DNA from: Octopus sinensis
Taxonomy: Eukaryota
NCBI RefSeq assembly: GCF_006345805.1
Contig: NC_043005.1
Coordinates: forward strand, 39,866,001 to 39,930,000
Direction of reading: 5' to 3'
DNA: 64,000 nucleotides
Shown piece after piece: positions 39,460 through 52,041 of the stretch (position 1 is its first letter; every line of letters starts with the position of its first letter). Below the pieces are notes generated by a model that saw only the letters and a list, made by a program, of their open reading frames with translations, was not told the DNA's origin and ran no database searches. Made by a program: the position numbers and the translations under genes.

Positions 39460-40112
39460 ACATGACTTCTCGTGTATGACTTGGACGCCATACACACGCC
39501 AAGAGCGCCGCCTAAATATCTTTCACCTGCGCTGCCTCCGGAAAATCCTTGGCATCAAAATGGCAGAATCATGTCCCCAACAAAGATGTCCTCAAGCAAG
39601 CAGGAATACCAAGTATGTTTGCACTCCTCACACAAAGACGTATGAGATGGCTTGGACATGTTAGCCGTATGGAAGATGGCAGAATCCCCAAGGACATACT
39701 CTACGGAGAGCTTGCTAGGGGCACTAGGTCTGTGGGAAGACTGTTCTTACGATACAATGATGTTTGCAAAAGGGACATGAAGGCCTGCGACATCAATATT
39801 AGCAACTGGGAAGCAGTTGCCAGCAACCGTGGATATTGGCGACGTACCATAAAAGAGGGAAAACAAAGGAGTGACAGAGGGGGAGAGGAGAAATAGAATG
39901 ACAAGAAAAGACGTCAACAAGAAACTATGACATTACAACCAGCCAGGCAAAGTCTTCGCTACATTTGCGGCACCTGCCAGAGGGAATGTTTGTCCAGGGT
40001 AAGACTACACATCCACGGCAGGAGATGTATTAGGACATGAAATGTAAAAGCCGGACTAGATTATTTTATGCGCAACTCCATTGTCTCCCGAGACAAAATG
40101 GATGCCAACAAA
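39460..40112 (+). mobile_element. 5'-truncated RTE-clade LINE 3' end
   Basis: QERRLNIFHLRCLRKILGI, WQNHVPNKDVL, QRRMRWLGHVSRMEDGRIPKDILYGEL, C..C.R.C.S...H zinc-like end, 3' tail tccattgtctcccgagac..ggatgccaacaa. Confidence 0.9.
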
Positions 40113-40584
40113 ATGTCTTCTCAAACCGCTTGCCTCTCCCCTCTGCTTAGCATAACTTTTTCCTTCACACACAATGCATTGACCACCACATCACACAGCT
40201 AGTGGCTTCTAAATATATTTTATCCCTCTTCACCCTGTAACTCTAGGCCATACTTCGCATAATGCCTCGCCCCAGTGACTAGTCTAGCTTACTGTTAATT
40301 CTAATTTACTTTCCCTCTCGCTGTTGCTTTCCTTCTTTACCCTTATTAGCACTGGTCACTTTTTTTCTATATATCTTTTTCAAACTTTGGAAGAGATCGC
40401 AACTACAATGTTGGTTACCTATCTTTTGCAGGGAAATGCACCATCTGTGCATATCTTCTTGAAACAGTTGTAAGAGATTATCTGCACATCTTCTTCCTTC
40501 CTTCTTCCTTTCTTTTCATTCAGTTTACCTAAGACAAATAAATCGGACTTACAGTATAACAGTTCCAGGAGAATGCTCTTGGAA

Positions 40585-40960
40585 GCACTCCGTCGGTTAC
40601 GACGACAAGGGTTCCGGTTGATCCGATCAACGTAACAGCCTGCTCGTGAAATTAACGTGTAAGTGGCTGAGCACTCCACAGACACATGTACCCTTAACGT
40701 AGTTCTCGGGGATATTCAGCATGCCCCAGAGAGCGACAAGGCCGGCCCTTTGAAATACAGGTACAGCAGAAACAGGAAGTAAGGGTGAGAGAAAGTCGTG
40801 GTGAAAGAGTACAGCAGGGATCACCACTATCCCTGCCGGAGCCTCGTAGAGCTTTAGGTGTTTTCGCTCAATAAACACTCACAACGCCCGGTCTGGGAAT
40901 CGAAACCGCGATCCTACGACCGCGAGTCCGCTGCCCTAACCACTGGGCCATTGCGCCTCC
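40585..40960 (-). mobile_element. Full-length tRNA-derived SINE family D with 11-bp target-site duplication
   Basis: Head ggaggcgcaatggcccagtggttagggcagcggactcgcgg...gtttcgattccc (A/B boxes); AGGAGAATGCT at 40567-40577 and 40962-40972. Confidence 0.92.
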
Positions 40961-41389
40961 TAGGAGAATGCTAGCATGTACTATAACCATTATAAACATT
41001 CTTCAACTGATCTTTTATCGACCTCCTGTGAACTGTACTCCTTGAACAACTCAACCCTCATGTTAAATATATAAATCTAGCACCATTTGTTTGCCTGTTT
41101 ATGCTTTTATTATATCATACACGTACCTGCTCAACTGAAACATTGCCAATAGCTAATCTTCATTAGGCTATAACATCCTTACTTTTATATTAGTTGTTGT
41201 TCAAGTTGAAGTATAGACAGCAAATCAACCTGAGCACTAATTGTTTGTACCTATTACCTTAGGTTATCAGATGATTGTAATATTTCAATCAAATAAATAA
41301 GGAGAATTATACGTATATCTACACAGTTTTTATTTCACAGTCATTTATATATATCATATATATATATATATATATATAATATATTATAT

Positions 41390-41540
41390 ATATATGACGG
41401 GCTTCATGTCTACCAAATTCCCTCCCAAGGCATTGGTCGGTCCCCGGGCTCTGTTGTAGAAGACACTTGCCTAATGTGTTGTGCTGTGGGACTGAACCCG
41501 AGACCACGTGATTGCAAAGCGAGCCTCCTTAACCACATAA
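41390..41540 (-). mobile_element. SINE family A head fragment
   Basis: gtagaagacacttgcc...gggactgaacccgagaccacgtg. Confidence 0.65.
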
Positions 41541-42284
41541 CAATAAAAGAATTCACAGCATTGGAAATTGCTTCGGTGAAACATTTGCTTGTAAAAAGAT
41601 AAAAACCTGAATAAACTTCATTATCAGGACATCGAATGGATATTTGCTCAATGTAGTTTCGTTCATAAGCATTCGCATCTAACATATAGCAAGTCACGTG
41701 GTATTGTCAACAAATTAGAACTATGGAAAATATGGTAAAACTGTTTAGGAGAAGAATTTTCTACACTATAAGGTTGAATAATTTCTGATATAAAACACAA
41801 ATCACAGAATTAGAGCTATATCAATAAATATACCGAGAATAATTTTATAAATGAACTGTGTATGCGTGCGCGCGCGCTCGCTCGCATATGAGCGTGTTAC
41901 AAATCCACTGTAATGTAATTCGTAGCGAATATCTAACCCAATAAACCACTAAATTCCAGATGAGCCAGGGCTTATAATGAACTATAAAGACCTATATCAT
42001 GCTTATCATGAAAAAAAATATATAAGAGACAACAGAAAGAATTAAACTAGACTTGAACTCACACCAGGCAATGAAAGAACTCAACATAACTAGGACTACA
42101 AATGAGGATGACGTTGATTATGTTGAAAAACAAATTCTAATGAACGAACAAAAAATTGGGGACTCATAACCAAATGTATAACCATCACAATCATAACAAT
42201 TTCATGTAATAAACGTAGGCCCGAGTTGCTTTATTGGAGACCCTTATGGTTTCGACACGACATATATATATATATATATATATA

Positions 42285-43573
42285 TAAGGTTGAGTAAAAG
42301 TAAGCAACGTTTTTTAAACATGAAATTCATCACAATATATTTCAACAATGCGGAAATTTCATTCACCAAAGTAAGTACCATTTTACAATCAACACAGTTT
42401 TGCCAATGAGTTACGAGTTTTTTGTTTTGTTTTTGTTTTTTGTTTGTTTTTTTTTTATTCCGGAAACATAAAAATCTAGATTTCTGGAGCTGATGATCTC
42501 TTTGAACGCACTTTCAGCATCGGTTTGGTTTTTGAACTCCTTCTCTCGCAGGAAACCATGAAGATGCTTGAAAAAGTAGTAGTCGGTAGGAGAAAGGTCT
42601 GGGGAATAAGCTGGGGAAGAACTTCGTAGCCAAGTTCCCTCAACTTCTGGAGCGTCATTAGTGAAACATGTGGTCAAGCATTGTCATGAAGAATGATTGG
42701 CCCTCTTCTGTTGACCAGTCTGGGACGGAGGAGCAGCAGTTTTTCGTTCATTTTGGCAATTTCATGGTAATATGCTTCTGCAGTGATGGTTTTCCCGGGT
42801 TTTAAGAAGCACCAAAACAATCACCATAAACTTCTTTTTGAAGAGCTCGGGTTTAGGGAAGGGTTTCCGTGCTTCATTTTGGTCTAACCACTGCGGAGAA
42901 CGTTTTTTATTATTGTACAGAATCCACTTTTCATTGCAAGTTACAATACGGCCGATAAATGGATCGGTCTGGTTAGGGACAAGAAGCGACGAGCAAATTT
43001 CATATCTGCGCATTTTCTGAGTTTCATTCAAATCGTGTGGTACCCATTTGTCGAGCTTTTTTTATTTTCCGATCGTATGCAAATGGTTGGAGGCAGATTT
43101 CTGGCTAACTTGAAGTTCTTTTGCCAGTCCCCGACTGGTTTTACGTGGATCTTTCTCAATGACGGTCTTTAATTGACCGTCATCAATGACAGATGGATGT
43201 CCACTACGTTCACGATTTTCAAGGCTCAGGTCTCCCCTGCGAAATCGTTTAAACCATTTTCGAGCTGGTTATTTCCTCATCAAACGTTTCGTTGATATCG
43301 CGAGTAGTTTCAGCTGCTTTAATTCCGTTTTTTTTTTTTTTTTTTTTTTTAAAGTTGAATAGCAAAATTGCTCGAATACCGCGTTTTGACAGTTCCGTTT
43401 CACAAGGGTGAAAAAAAAACATCAATGTTAATTTATTGATGCGTTTGGGCATGTCTATGTCTATATTATCAGACAATTGCCCAAAAAATGTTTTTAAATA
43501 ATTTTAAACTCTGCAAAAATCCAGTACAAATTCTTCATGGTTAAAAACGTTGCTTACATTTTACTCAACCTGA
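42285..43573 (-). mobile_element. Mariner transposon, third family (Hsmar1/cecropia-like), decayed
   Basis: TIR aggttgagtaaaa(t)gtaagcaacgttttt at both ends; DKWVPHDL, IVTCNEKWILYNN, ILHDNA, YSPDLSPTDYYFF. Confidence 0.92.
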
Positions 43574-43600
43574 TCTCTCTCCCCCTCTCTCTCTCTCCCC

Positions 43601-43675
<75 letters not shown>

Positions 43676-43879
43676 ATTTTAAGAATTCAATTTATAGAGG
43701 TATTTTCAATGAATGAAGCCTATCTTTTTGCTTAAAATATATTTAATCATGAATGTATCATTAGAATTTACATATTTACTTGTTCTGCAGAGAATTAGAG
43801 AATTGTGTTGGATACACTTCTGATTATTTACCTTTTCTTTCTTTTACCAAAATGGTATTGCAAATGCCATGAAACATAG

Positions 43880-44480
43880 TAAAATAGAAATCTTCGCAGA
43901 TGCCTCTAAGCTCCAGAAGATCATCAATGTAGTATATGACCAAACGAAACTCTAATCTGATCTACACGCTATTCTTTGATGGGCGGAAAAACAACATGTT
44001 GTTACATGAAAGAAAGAGAATATAGTTATCCCGTGTGACCTTCTGTAGCGTTATATAATCTAAGGAGCGTAGGGTGTAATTGTAATCAACAGCCTGAGCT
44101 AGAGCACACACATCACAATAAAGTTGACAGAACGTGTGCATGGGTACTTAGAACATTCCAGTTCAGAGGTCCTGATTACATCATCTTTCTCTACGTTTAC
44201 CAGATCTCACCTTAAATATTGCTGCTCACTATGGTCTCCCTACAGAAAGCAAAACGTTATGGGATTTGAAGTAACCCAGAGATCGATTGCAAAAAAAAGA
44301 TAAAGACATGAAAAGCCTTGATTATTGGGATCGCTACATAAAGCTCAAACTTTCTTCTCTCCACGCCGTCGTGGGAGCTACATTATCTGTACAATTTGTG
44401 CTACCTTTTTCAAAATTATCTCGACAGAAACCTAAGAAAAAAAAATCACCCCATAACATTCAAACGGTGGTTGGACAAAT
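43880..44480 (+). mobile_element. CR1/L2-like LINE reverse transcriptase C-terminal fragment, heavily decayed
   Basis: FADASK, W..LRTF.S, HLKYCCSLWSPY, QRS.AKK.KDMKSLDYWDR..KLKL.SL. Confidence 0.7.
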
Positions 44481-44577
44481 TGCTCCAGAAGTATCAAATC
44501 ACCGACATTTGGTGGAGACATCACAGCAAACAATAACTCCCTATTATGTGTGCGTGTGTGTGTGGAGGTGTGTGTGT

Positions 44578-44945
44578 GAAGGCGCAATAGCCCTGTGGTT
44601 AGGGCAGCGGACTCTCGGTCAAAGGATTGCAGCTTTGATTCCAAGACCGGGCGTTTTGAGTGTTTATTGAGCGAAAACACCTAAAGCTCCACAGGGCTCT
44701 GGCAGGGGGTGATAACGAACCCTGCTGTACTCTTTCACCACAACTTTCTCTCACTCTCTCTTCCTGCTTCTATTGTACCTGTATTTCAAAGGGCCAGCCT
44801 TGTCACGCTGAATCTCCCTGAGAACTACGTTAAGGGTACATGTGTCTGTGGAGTGCACAGCCACTTGCACGTTAATTTCACGAGCACGCTGTTCCGTTGA
44901 TCGGTTCAACTGGAACCCTCGTCGCTGTAACCGATGGAGTGCCAC
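44578..44945 (+). mobile_element. SINE family D, full length
   Basis: Collinear with the reverse complement of 40585-40960. Confidence 0.9.
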
Positions 44946-45549
44946 ATATAATATATTCATACATATAGATATATAGATATAAATATAGATATGCATATGT
45001 GTATAAGTGTGTGTGTGTGTGTGTGTGTGGAATATAAGGGCGATGGAAAGAGAGGGATGATAAAGACAAGAAAAGTCAGAGTAATACTCAACTTCGGATT
45101 GCAATGACCTGATGTGGATAAAGAGATATATAACAGATAAAGATTAATCCAAGATGGCGACAAAAATTATTGCTCGTGATTAATAGATACGTAGATACGT
45201 TTAATAACATTCAGGACATATATTACTGCATGCGTAACAGTGATTGGCTACTGGAGCTTTTGGTCACGTGCATCTGCACGGGAGACAAAAATATTTATTA
45301 ATCTCATCAAGTATAATAAATATAATGTTTATATCAGCTGCAATTCGCTTCTTAGTTTGTGGCAGGTGATGGAAAATTTATTTATAAATTATATCAGGCA
45401 GAATAATTAAAATTATTAAGCTTGCTATTATTTACTTATAGAACCTGTCAGGAAAAACATTGCTTATATGTTATTTCCTATACAATATATTGATTTCTTG
45501 TATACTATTTATCTAACACATACTAAAGGAGTTAGAGATAGAGAGGGAG

Positions 45550-45692
<143 letters not shown>

Positions 45693-46408
45693 GAAAGCCT
45701 CTATTTGCCACTTCCTAGAGAGCGTGTTGTACACTATATATTATTATACGAGCAAAAGAGAGGGCCTCTCGTTGCCGTTGTTTCAGGAGCCTGCTGTACA
45801 CAATTTAACAAACACGAGCTGGCTACGTCATCCCACTCACCGTCTTTAGAAATGAACGGCGATTTGTATGGTATGGCCTTAAACAAAGGTAAGATGGTCA
45901 CGGCTGTGACAGCTTTGATCATAGGGCTGCTTGATCTGGACTCAACACTCAATAACACTTACTATATTCTATATTTACAATCAATAAACCAATAGTTGTT
46001 AGTTATGTTAATCCAGGTCGACAGAAAATCGGTTTCGAGATAATTCTGTTTCAAGAGTCCAGTTGATTATCTTAAGATTAAATATTTTAAATCAGTTTAT
46101 AAAGTAATTAATTAATGACTCATTAAACAATAGCTGTTCTGCGATTACTTTTGTAGGTACTGAGTTTTGATTACTTTATTTGTTTCTGTTGCTGTTATTG
46201 TTTTATATTTTGGGTGTTGGCTGTTTGCTTGTTTTGTCATCGATGCAAAATCCCTAAACAACGGAGCTGATTGAATCGAGCCCATTATGTAATTGGTACT
46301 TAATTTATTAACAAAAACAATGTAAGTTCATCGGCCTCCAAGAAAAATCATGAACGAAGACCGCGTTGAGATTTGAACCTCGAACGTAAATAGGATCAAG
46401 TGAAATTG

Positions 46409-46568
46409 TACATTATTTACATTATTTACACTTGACAGATATTTGTCCTCATCCTGTTTGTTGTTAACACAACGTTTCGGCTGATATACCCTCCAGCCTT
46501 CTCAGATGTCTTGGGGAAATTTCGAACCTGGGTTCTTATTCCTAAGGTATTTTTCGATGTTATTATTA

Positions 46569-46621
<53 letters not shown>

Positions 46622-47198
46622 GAGTGAGAGAGCAGTTCATGCCATCAAAGTGACACTAGGGTAAAATATACGAAGCCCAATATATCCATCATGACTACCC
46701 GTCTGATAAGGGTACACCAGGCACATGCATCACAACCATATGTGCGCGACATGGTGATTGCATATCAAGATAAACAGCACATGACCTTGCAGGTGAGGCC
46801 CAGTTAGAATTTTCTTCAGGTTGAGTAGCCCATCCCGCTCAAAAGGTCCCTGAATAAGGGTTGTTTGAGGATGTTGAAAGAACCACCCATGTTTCCAGAG
46901 GTGAATTATTCAAACCCCAAACAATCCCTCTCAACACATGGCTATGATGCTCCCCCACCACTTCTGCTCGTGATCAGAGATGCACATATTGTCAGCCACT
47001 AATGGACATGCTCAACTGGTTAAGGTCAAACAACTGACAAGTAAATCTGTGGTATTGAGCAGAATATTTGCTGTAGCCCATCTTTTATACCAAGACAAAA
47101 CAATATACATGATAACACTTCCAGTCAGTTAAGATCAGAAGCCATGAGAGCCACTGCCTGGTACTGCGTCATGGCATGGTACTGCGTCAGGGCATTTA

Positions 47199-47261
<63 letters not shown>

Positions 47262-47333
47262 TCACTGCCTGGAATCGTACTCAGAATATTGGGGTTAGTA
47301 GCTCGCGCTCTTAACCACTACGCCATATACCCG
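46409..47333 (-). mobile_element. tRNA-headed, hammerhead-bearing SINE-like element (family E), minus copy interrupted by a family C insertion in its internal (TAA)n
   Basis: Head at 47258-47333 (atatggcgtagtggttaagagcgcg...gagtacgattcc); 3' part at 46409-46560 is the inverse of 47640-47790; its hammerhead core has lost one base (CUGA-GA). Confidence 0.8.
46621..47195 (-). mobile_element. Non-coding repeat family C, apparently full length (about 575 bp), inside a (TAA)n array
   Basis: Flanked on both sides by (TAT)n; matches 17590-17870; no ORF. Confidence 0.85.
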
Positions 47334-47335
47334 TC

Positions 47336-47394
47336 GTTAAGAGCATGGGCTACTAAACCCAAGATTCCGAGTTCGATTCCAAGCAGTGACCTGA

Positions 47395-47446
<52 letters not shown>

Positions 47447-47815
47447 AATAATAATAATAATAATAATAAAATAATAATAATAATAATGATAATGATAATA
47501 ATGATAATGAAAGAAGAAGAAGAAGAAGAAGAAGAAGAAGAAGAAAAGAAGAAGAAGAAGAAGAAGAGAAGAAGAAGAAGAAGAAAGAAGAAGAAGAAGA
47601 AGAGAAGAAAAGAAGAAGAAAGAAGAAGAAGAAGAAGAAGATCGAAAAATACCTTAGGAATAAGAACCCAGGTTCGAAATGTCCCCAAGACACCTGATGA
47701 AGGCTGGAGGGTATATTAGCCGAAACGTTGTGTTAACAACAAACAAGATGAGGACAAACATCCGTCAAATGTAAATAATGTATATAATTCCTCATCTCTC
47801 AAACATAGAACTGTA
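47336..47815 (+). mobile_element. Family E element, plus copy (5'-truncated head, internal (TAA)n/(GAA)n, hammerhead-containing 3' part)
   Basis: gttaagagcatgggctactaaacccaagattccgagttcgattcc (B box), then microsatellite, then atcgaaaaatacc...cacctgatgaaggctgg...gccgaaacgttgtg. Confidence 0.82.
47689..47734 (+). ncRNA. Minimal type I hammerhead ribozyme
   Basis: GACAC-CUGAUGA-A-GGCUG(gaggguauau)UAGCC-GAAAC-GUU-GUGUU: canonical core, extra A after A9, palindromic ACGU in place of stem III, GUU triplet. Confidence 0.78.
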
Positions 47816-48129
47816 TGAAGTGAACTGTTGAGAAATTTAGTTTCATAAGCAACGTTCTGCAGCATTTACCTACATTCTATATGTGCTGATTACTAACTCC
47901 AGCACAAGCTAGCACGTTTGTAAAGAAGGCTGATGCGACTCTAGCGCATCGATTAATTCATGTTCAGCTATTAATCAAATCGCAAAATCGTCTTCGCTGA
48001 GGTATTTCGGAACGCTAAAGGGATGTCACTAATCACGGCAGGATATTTATCAGGAACTGCACTGTTTCTATCATTTCATTCCATCATTTACCATATTTTC
48101 TTATATATATATATATATATTTTTTTTTT

Positions 48130-48310
48130 TTTTGTTATTTACTTGTTTCAGGCATTGGACGGCAGCCTTGGTGGAGCACCGCTTTGAAGGGCTTAGTCGA
48201 ACAAATCGATGCCAGTGCTTAGTTTTAAAGTCTGGTCTTTTATTCTATTTGTCCTTTTTTCCGAACCACTAAGTTACGGATACATAAACACACCAATGCT
48301 GGTTGTCGAT
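48130..48310 (-). mobile_element. SINE family A, 3' half, decayed
   Basis: ttacttgtttcag...ggagcaccgc...ccgaaccactaagttacgg...acaccaatgctggttgtc. Confidence 0.75.
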
Positions 48311-48320
48311 ACACACACGC

Positions 48321-48370
<50 letters not shown>

Positions 48371-48420
48371 AAAACAAAGTCAAGATAGAAAATGCGAAAA
48401 TAATTTTATAAAAAACATTT

Positions 48421-48456
48421 CAGTACCGGTTTCAGTCATTGAGACTTTTTCAACTG
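48421..48456 (-). ncRNA. Minimal hammerhead ribozyme motif with U3-A8 variant core
   Basis: Minus strand: CAG-UUGAAAA-AGUC(ucaau)GACU-GAAAC-cg-GUA-CUG; palindromic ACCGGU, GUA triplet. Confidence 0.62.
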
Positions 48457-48879
48457 TAAGTATGGAAGACAATTAAATTTTGGAAAAATTAAAAGAAAAG
48501 TTTTTTAAAGAATATTTGCATAGTGTTCAAATACAAGTGGCATTTTCTTTGTTTCTGCCTGTCTCTGACTCTCTTGTTTATTCTTGTGAGTTCGAGGTCG
48601 TTGTGAATTCTTGGTAGGGAAGAAGAAGAAGAAGAAGAAGAAGAAGAAGAAGAAGAAGAAGAAGAAGAAGAAGAAGAAGAAGAGAAGAAGAGAAGAAGAG
48701 AAGAAGAAGAAGAAGAAGAAGAAGAGAAGAAGAAGAAGAATGTAGGAGTGCCACGACAGTAGTATGTTGACTGGTCAGCTGCCCCGAAAATGACCCTTTG
48801 TGGATGGTAGTAGTGATTTAATTCCTGAAACGTCTCTTTTGAATGTTTTGTTATAAAATTGGCGTAGGTGTTATATATA

Positions 48880-49350
48880 TATATGCTTTCGGTGCGAATG
48901 TTTCTTTATACGGCGCCGAGTTTACTATTCTGTAAATAATAATAATGGTATTCTTTATATAAGCCTTAAGCTTATGGCGATCACCGTGCAATGACTAAGG
49001 AAAATGGTCTAATAAAATCTATTATTTACAGGATTGTAAATTCGGCTCCGTATAAAAAACTATTCGCACCGAAAGCATATAGAAAGTTTGCTTACATAAA
49101 AACAAACACGAACTATTATAGTTCTTAAATTTGACAGAAATGGGGAGGCTGGTTCTCTGGTGTAAAGGTAACGATCTAGTCGCGTTAACAAAGGGATGTG
49201 GATTCGACTCCCACGCGGATAGGAAAGCCTTCTTTTTTTGTTGAGGGCTTATATGCACCTTTATTAGACTATTTTCCTTAATCACTGAACGGTGATCGCC
49301 ATAAGCTTTAAGCTTATATAAAAAAAAGTACCATTATTATTATTTACAGG
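48880..49350 (+). mobile_element. tRNA(Asn)-like-headed short repeat with terminal direct repeat and an upstream inverted partial copy
   Basis: Head ctggtgtaaaggtaa..cgcgttaacaaagg..ggattcgactcccac (49153-49225); attatttacaggat at 49021 and about 49338; 48880-49015 is an inverted copy spanning the unit junction. Confidence 0.65.
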
Positions 49351-49583
49351 ATATATATATATATATAATTGTATATATATATATATATAATTGTATATAT
49401 AAAAGAGGGCAACAAAATTATATATCCGTTGCATCGGAAATTTGCAATGACTTCATAACTACCATCTCGGTTATAACATTGGAGCCCTAGTAATCTGTTA
49501 CAGCACTTAGCTAGCGTACCAAATCGTTTAGATCACCTGTGATCTAAACCCCTAAACTTTGTATGTATATATATATATATACA

Positions 49584-50874
49584 CGAGGGGCGTTCAATAA
49601 GTAATGCCCCTGACCCACTTCCCATACCAGTAGAGCAACGGAACTTGGCACAGTTATTGGTCTTTTTCTACATAGGAACCACTCAGAGTTAGGCATTTCT
49701 TTCATTGTTTGATCCAGCTCTGGAGACCGTTTTTGTAAAAGACCCCAGCTTAGTCCTCCATCCACGACGTGACTTTAGAAATCAAGGCTGCATCATCTGG
49801 GAAATGCTTTCCTTTCAAAATCAACTTCATGGCTGGGAAGAGGTGAAAATCAGAGGGTGCAAGGTCAGAAGAGTAGGGGCATGGGGGAGGAGTTCATAGC
49901 CGCACGCCTGTGCTTCTGATCTGGCGTCACGCGAGTTGTGGACCGGAGCGTTGTCCTGCAGGAGGAGGATGCCTTCGCTGATCTTGCCCCGCCTCTTGAT
50001 TTTGATAGCTTCTCTTAATTTCCTCAAAAGTGAAGCATAATAGGCTCCTGTAATTGTGGTACCCTTTGCCAGGAAATCTGTCATCACTATTCCGTCCTGG
50101 TCCCAGAAGACTGTGAGCATGACCTTGCCAGCAGAGGGCTGCACCCTTGCCTTCTTTGGAGGAGGTGTGTCACGGTGCTTCCACTGCATTGACTGGGCCT
50201 TGGTCTCTGGATCATAGTGATGGACCCAGGTTTCATCCTGTATAATCAGTCTTTTGAAAAAGTTTGACTCATCTTCATGGTAGTCTCCAAATTAATCCTC
50301 GAGCACTCGACGCGTTCTTGCTTCTGGAAAGGTGTGAGCAACCTGGGAATCCATCTGGCAGACACCTTTTGCATATGCAAATGGTCATGAATGATAGTTT
50401 CCACTGACCCGGTACTAATCTTGACCTCATGGGCTATTTGGCGAATAGTTATGCGTCGATCTTCCAAAATGGCAGCCTCAACTTGACGGACAGATGCCTC
50501 ATCAATGGCAGAAGGGGGGCGACCAGATCTGGGAGCTGTTTCCACAGAGTTCCGACCATTTTTGAATTCACGATGCCAGCGTTTTACAAGGTCATATGAT
50601 GGGGCATCATCACCATAAGTTACTTTTATTTCATCAAAAGTCTCCCGTGGTGTGCGTCCTTTCAAATACAAAAACCGGATCACTGCTCGATACTCAACAG
50701 ACTCCATTTCACACTTGACTCAGTTCAAACACCTGTAGATCAGAAACCATAATTAGTTCAGAGCTGTAATTTGCTACCTAATCTATACAGATATAAGTAA
50801 TTGCACATGCAAAATTTCAACTAGATCAAACACCTGGAAGTGGGTCAGAAGCATTACTTATTGAACGTCCCTCG
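49584..50874 (-). mobile_element. Full-length mariner (1291 bp), same family as 12975-14265
   Basis: Same TIRs and length; ORFs 50246-50707 and 49827-50189; frameshifts near 50262 and 49875. Confidence 0.96.
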
Positions 50875-50889
50875 TATATATACACACAC

Positions 50890-51050
50890 GAAGGGTTTCT
50901 TTCAGTTTCTTTCAACCAAATCCACTTGCGAGACATTGGTCGGCCAAGAGCTACAGTAGAAGGTACTTACCCAAGGTGCCATGCAGTAGTACTGAACCCG
51001 AAACCATGTAGTTGGGAAGCAAACTTCTTACCACACAGCCATGCCTGCAC
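50890..51050 (-). mobile_element. SINE family A head fragment
   Basis: ccaaggtgccatgcagtagtactgaacccgaaaccatgtagttgggaagcaaacttcttaccacacagcca. Confidence 0.8.
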
Positions 51051-51826
51051 CATATGTAAATTATTGATTTCTAACTTCGATCCCTTAACACAGATTTAGA
51101 GATAGGTAAGAAGCAATTTCGATTAAATCGACTCCAATATTCTGCTGATACCGTTTTATCGATCTCTAAAAGATAAAAGACCAACACAACAGTATTGGGA
51201 AATTGAACTCAGAACGTAAAATCAACAAAAACGGGATACCACTGCAAGAAAGTATCTTCTTATAGACGTTTCTAAATATTGATTTTTATCGTTCGTGCAA
51301 CGCCATAAATATCTTTGAGGGCCTGGTGTGGTATTGGTGGGGGTACAATTGATAAAATTGATCTCAATATGTTTACTGGTACTTATCATATCGATCTGGG
51401 GAGGGATGAAAAGCCAAGTCTACCAAGACAGGATTTTACATCTGAAAGTTAAAGGAATTAAACTTCAAGGAATTTGGTCTGACGCTGCTTTACCAATTCT
51501 GTGATTCTCCACCGCCCTTTACATTTGCACATATTAAATGTAAGCATGAATATGAATTAGGTACAACATCGATATTTTCAGGGACCGTTGTTTCCAAAGC
51601 CATTCCAGATTACTGATTTTTCCGAACAAAACGTGGTCACATTCTAAATTAAAGAAATATTAAATTTACTTAATCACTTAATTCCCAACCACAGTGGCAC
51701 TTTGGGCAAGTGTCTTCTCCTGTAGCCACGGGCTAACGAAAGCCTTATGAGTGGAGTTGACAGACGGAATCTGAAAGAAGCCTGTCGTATACATATGTAT
51801 GTATATATATATATATTATATATATA

Positions 51827-51880
<54 letters not shown>

Positions 51881-51992
51881 TATATATCAGAAATGTTAAA
51901 TTTCTAAATCTCACCACCCTATATATATATATATAATATATATATATATATACATATATATACCCTTCCCAGATCGATATAAGTACCATATG

Positions 51993-52041
<49 letters not shown>

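Noticed and set aside
47258-47393. tRNA-like sequences here and at 49153, 40900, 44578 and 54181 as true tRNA genes
   Set aside because: No complete cloverleaf or acceptor stem; they continue into repeat bodies, so they are SINE heads.
48795-48845. GAAACGTC motif
   Set aside because: No recognisable CUGANGA core or stem II upstream.
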